Made by a program: the position numbers and the translations under genes
Part shown: positions 62,698 through 64,000 of the stretch, one piece after another
Layout: each line of letters opens with the position of its first letter
Position numbering within the stretch: position 1 is the stretch's first letter
From: Octopus bimaculoides
Lineage: Eukaryota
Direction of reading: 5' to 3'
DNA length: 64,000 nt
Assembly: GCF_001194135.2 (NCBI RefSeq)
Contig: NC_068983.1
Span: forward strand, 148,462,982 to 148,526,981
Notes under the pieces: generated by a model
Told to the model about the DNA's origin: nothing
Database searches by the model: none
Seen by the model: only the letters and a program-made list of their open reading frames with translations

Positions 62698-63340
62698 NNN
62701 NNNNNNNNNNNNNNNNNNNNNNNNNNNNNNNNNNNNNNNNNNNNNNNNNNNNNNNNNNNNNNNNNNNNNNNNATATATATGCAACCACATACACATGCTT
62801 AACAAAGTATGTTTTTGTGCTTTATGTTCCCGTTCCTTTTTCTGACATCCTGTACCCGGATATGCATCTATATATACATGGAGATGTAGTTATGTACATA
62901 TATGTAGATTTCCTCTTTGCTAACACGTTGCATACAGCTGCCTAAATTAATTTTTATACACAAACACATACACACACACATACACACACATATAATGTAT
63001 ATACCTAATATATAGTACATATGCACACATAGGGTGTTCGGACTAATTTTTTTTTTTTTCAGTAACAGCTTGATGCATTTGTGAGAAGCCAACGGTGTTG
63101 AAGAGCATAAAGATGAAAAGTTTTGATTAATACAAGGCTTTAGTTTTAGTTCATGGTATATGTTATTACGTTTAGCAATATATCTCTAACAGCATGTATG
63201 TGGATATGGCATGTGCATATGTGCATAACTGCATTTATTGTTTATAACATGAATGGATGAGATCGATTCTCAGTATAGGTGAACCACGAACAAATCCCTC
63301 TTTTGCCTAATCTTTTCCTCCTATGTTCTAATTTAAATTG
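61794..63340. repeat. Perfect 204-bp inverted duplication (61794-61997 and 63137-63340) with a 1139-bp spacer containing a gap
   Basis: Checked base by base: 204/204 reverse-complement identity. No TSD seen. Confidence 0.95.
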
Positions 63341-63451
63341 CTGAAAATTGGTAAAGAGGTAGTTGTAGCATGATGATTGGCACCAAGTATAAAAATTCTG
63401 TGATCGTGACTGCTGCTCAGTACTCTATGAACACTGTAAAAGTCTTTAAGA

Positions 63452-64000
63452 TGTGGCATGGACGGCTGTGAGACTAAGAGTAAATGGCCAACTGGGAGGA
63501 ATATAGCAGGTATTCTAACTGTGTTCGCCAGCCATTGTTCATTCTCAAATTTTTCAAAAGTGAAGCTGCTGCAGACTGTTGTTAATCGGTGGCTAGAAAA
63601 GGTTGCTGCTGGAAGGCAGCAGGATTCGGCCCTTGGCCTGTTGTGTCAACGCCCCCAAGCGAACAAGTAGGCTCGACCAAGATATATAAATAGAGGTAGT
63701 CTGACCGTGGTAAGAGTCGACTGAGGGTAGACTGACTGTTCAGTAGCTGTTGAGTAGCAGTTGCGTAGAGATCATCCGAAGGTGCAAGATAGCAGTAGCT
63801 TGAGACATAACATGGTGATAATTCCAGGAGTCAGAAGTAGTATCTACCACTTCACAGCCCCAATTTCTGGCTTCTTAATCCTTGAGAGTAATTCCATGGA
63901 TTAATATGTGTGAGACGCGGTTGAGAAAGGCACGAACAGCCCTGCCTGTAACATCAACTTGAGGTATGAGTGTGAGTCTGTGTGTTTGTAGTGGATGGAG
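63452..64000 (+). mobile_element. Possible LTR (U3 with TATA box, then R), running off the window end
   Basis: Begins TG; GC-richer; gatatataaatagagg at about 63681 is followed by an agt/gact-rich R-like segment. No PBS or second LTR visible. Confidence 0.35.

Overview
AT-rich, microsatellite-dense eukaryotic DNA from a short-read scaffold (18 N-gaps, most abutting (TA)n). The repeat complement looks like an octopus/coleoid genome; this is pattern recognition, not a database result. Most ORFs in the track are microsatellite or gap artefacts. Supportable content: (1) decayed retroelements: three R4/Dong-type RLE non-LTR fragments, two flanked on both sides by (TAA)n-type repeats, one RTE RT fragment, two RTE-like 3' ends with C2H2 fingers, a Penelope-like element (PLE) with a GIY-YIG domain, and many tRNA-derived SINEs; (2) mariner remnants and MITE-like foldbacks; (3) scattered candidate exons of unidentified gene(s), mostly on the + strand, whose phases do not chain completely; (4) an unusual density of type I hammerhead ribozyme (HHR) motifs. 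The HHRs occur as a near-intact copy in a 331-bp-spaced tandem at 20.1-20.7 kb, as two related inverted-repeat elements carrying outward-facing HHR pairs (8.5-9.05 kb and 23.4-23.7 kb), and in a PLE 3' end carrying a tRNA-derived cassette upstream of its HHR (15.9-16.1 kb). Also notable are a perfect 204-bp inverted duplication (61.8/63.2 kb) and a pre-miRNA-like hairpin (37.2 kb). All alignments and folds were done by eye.
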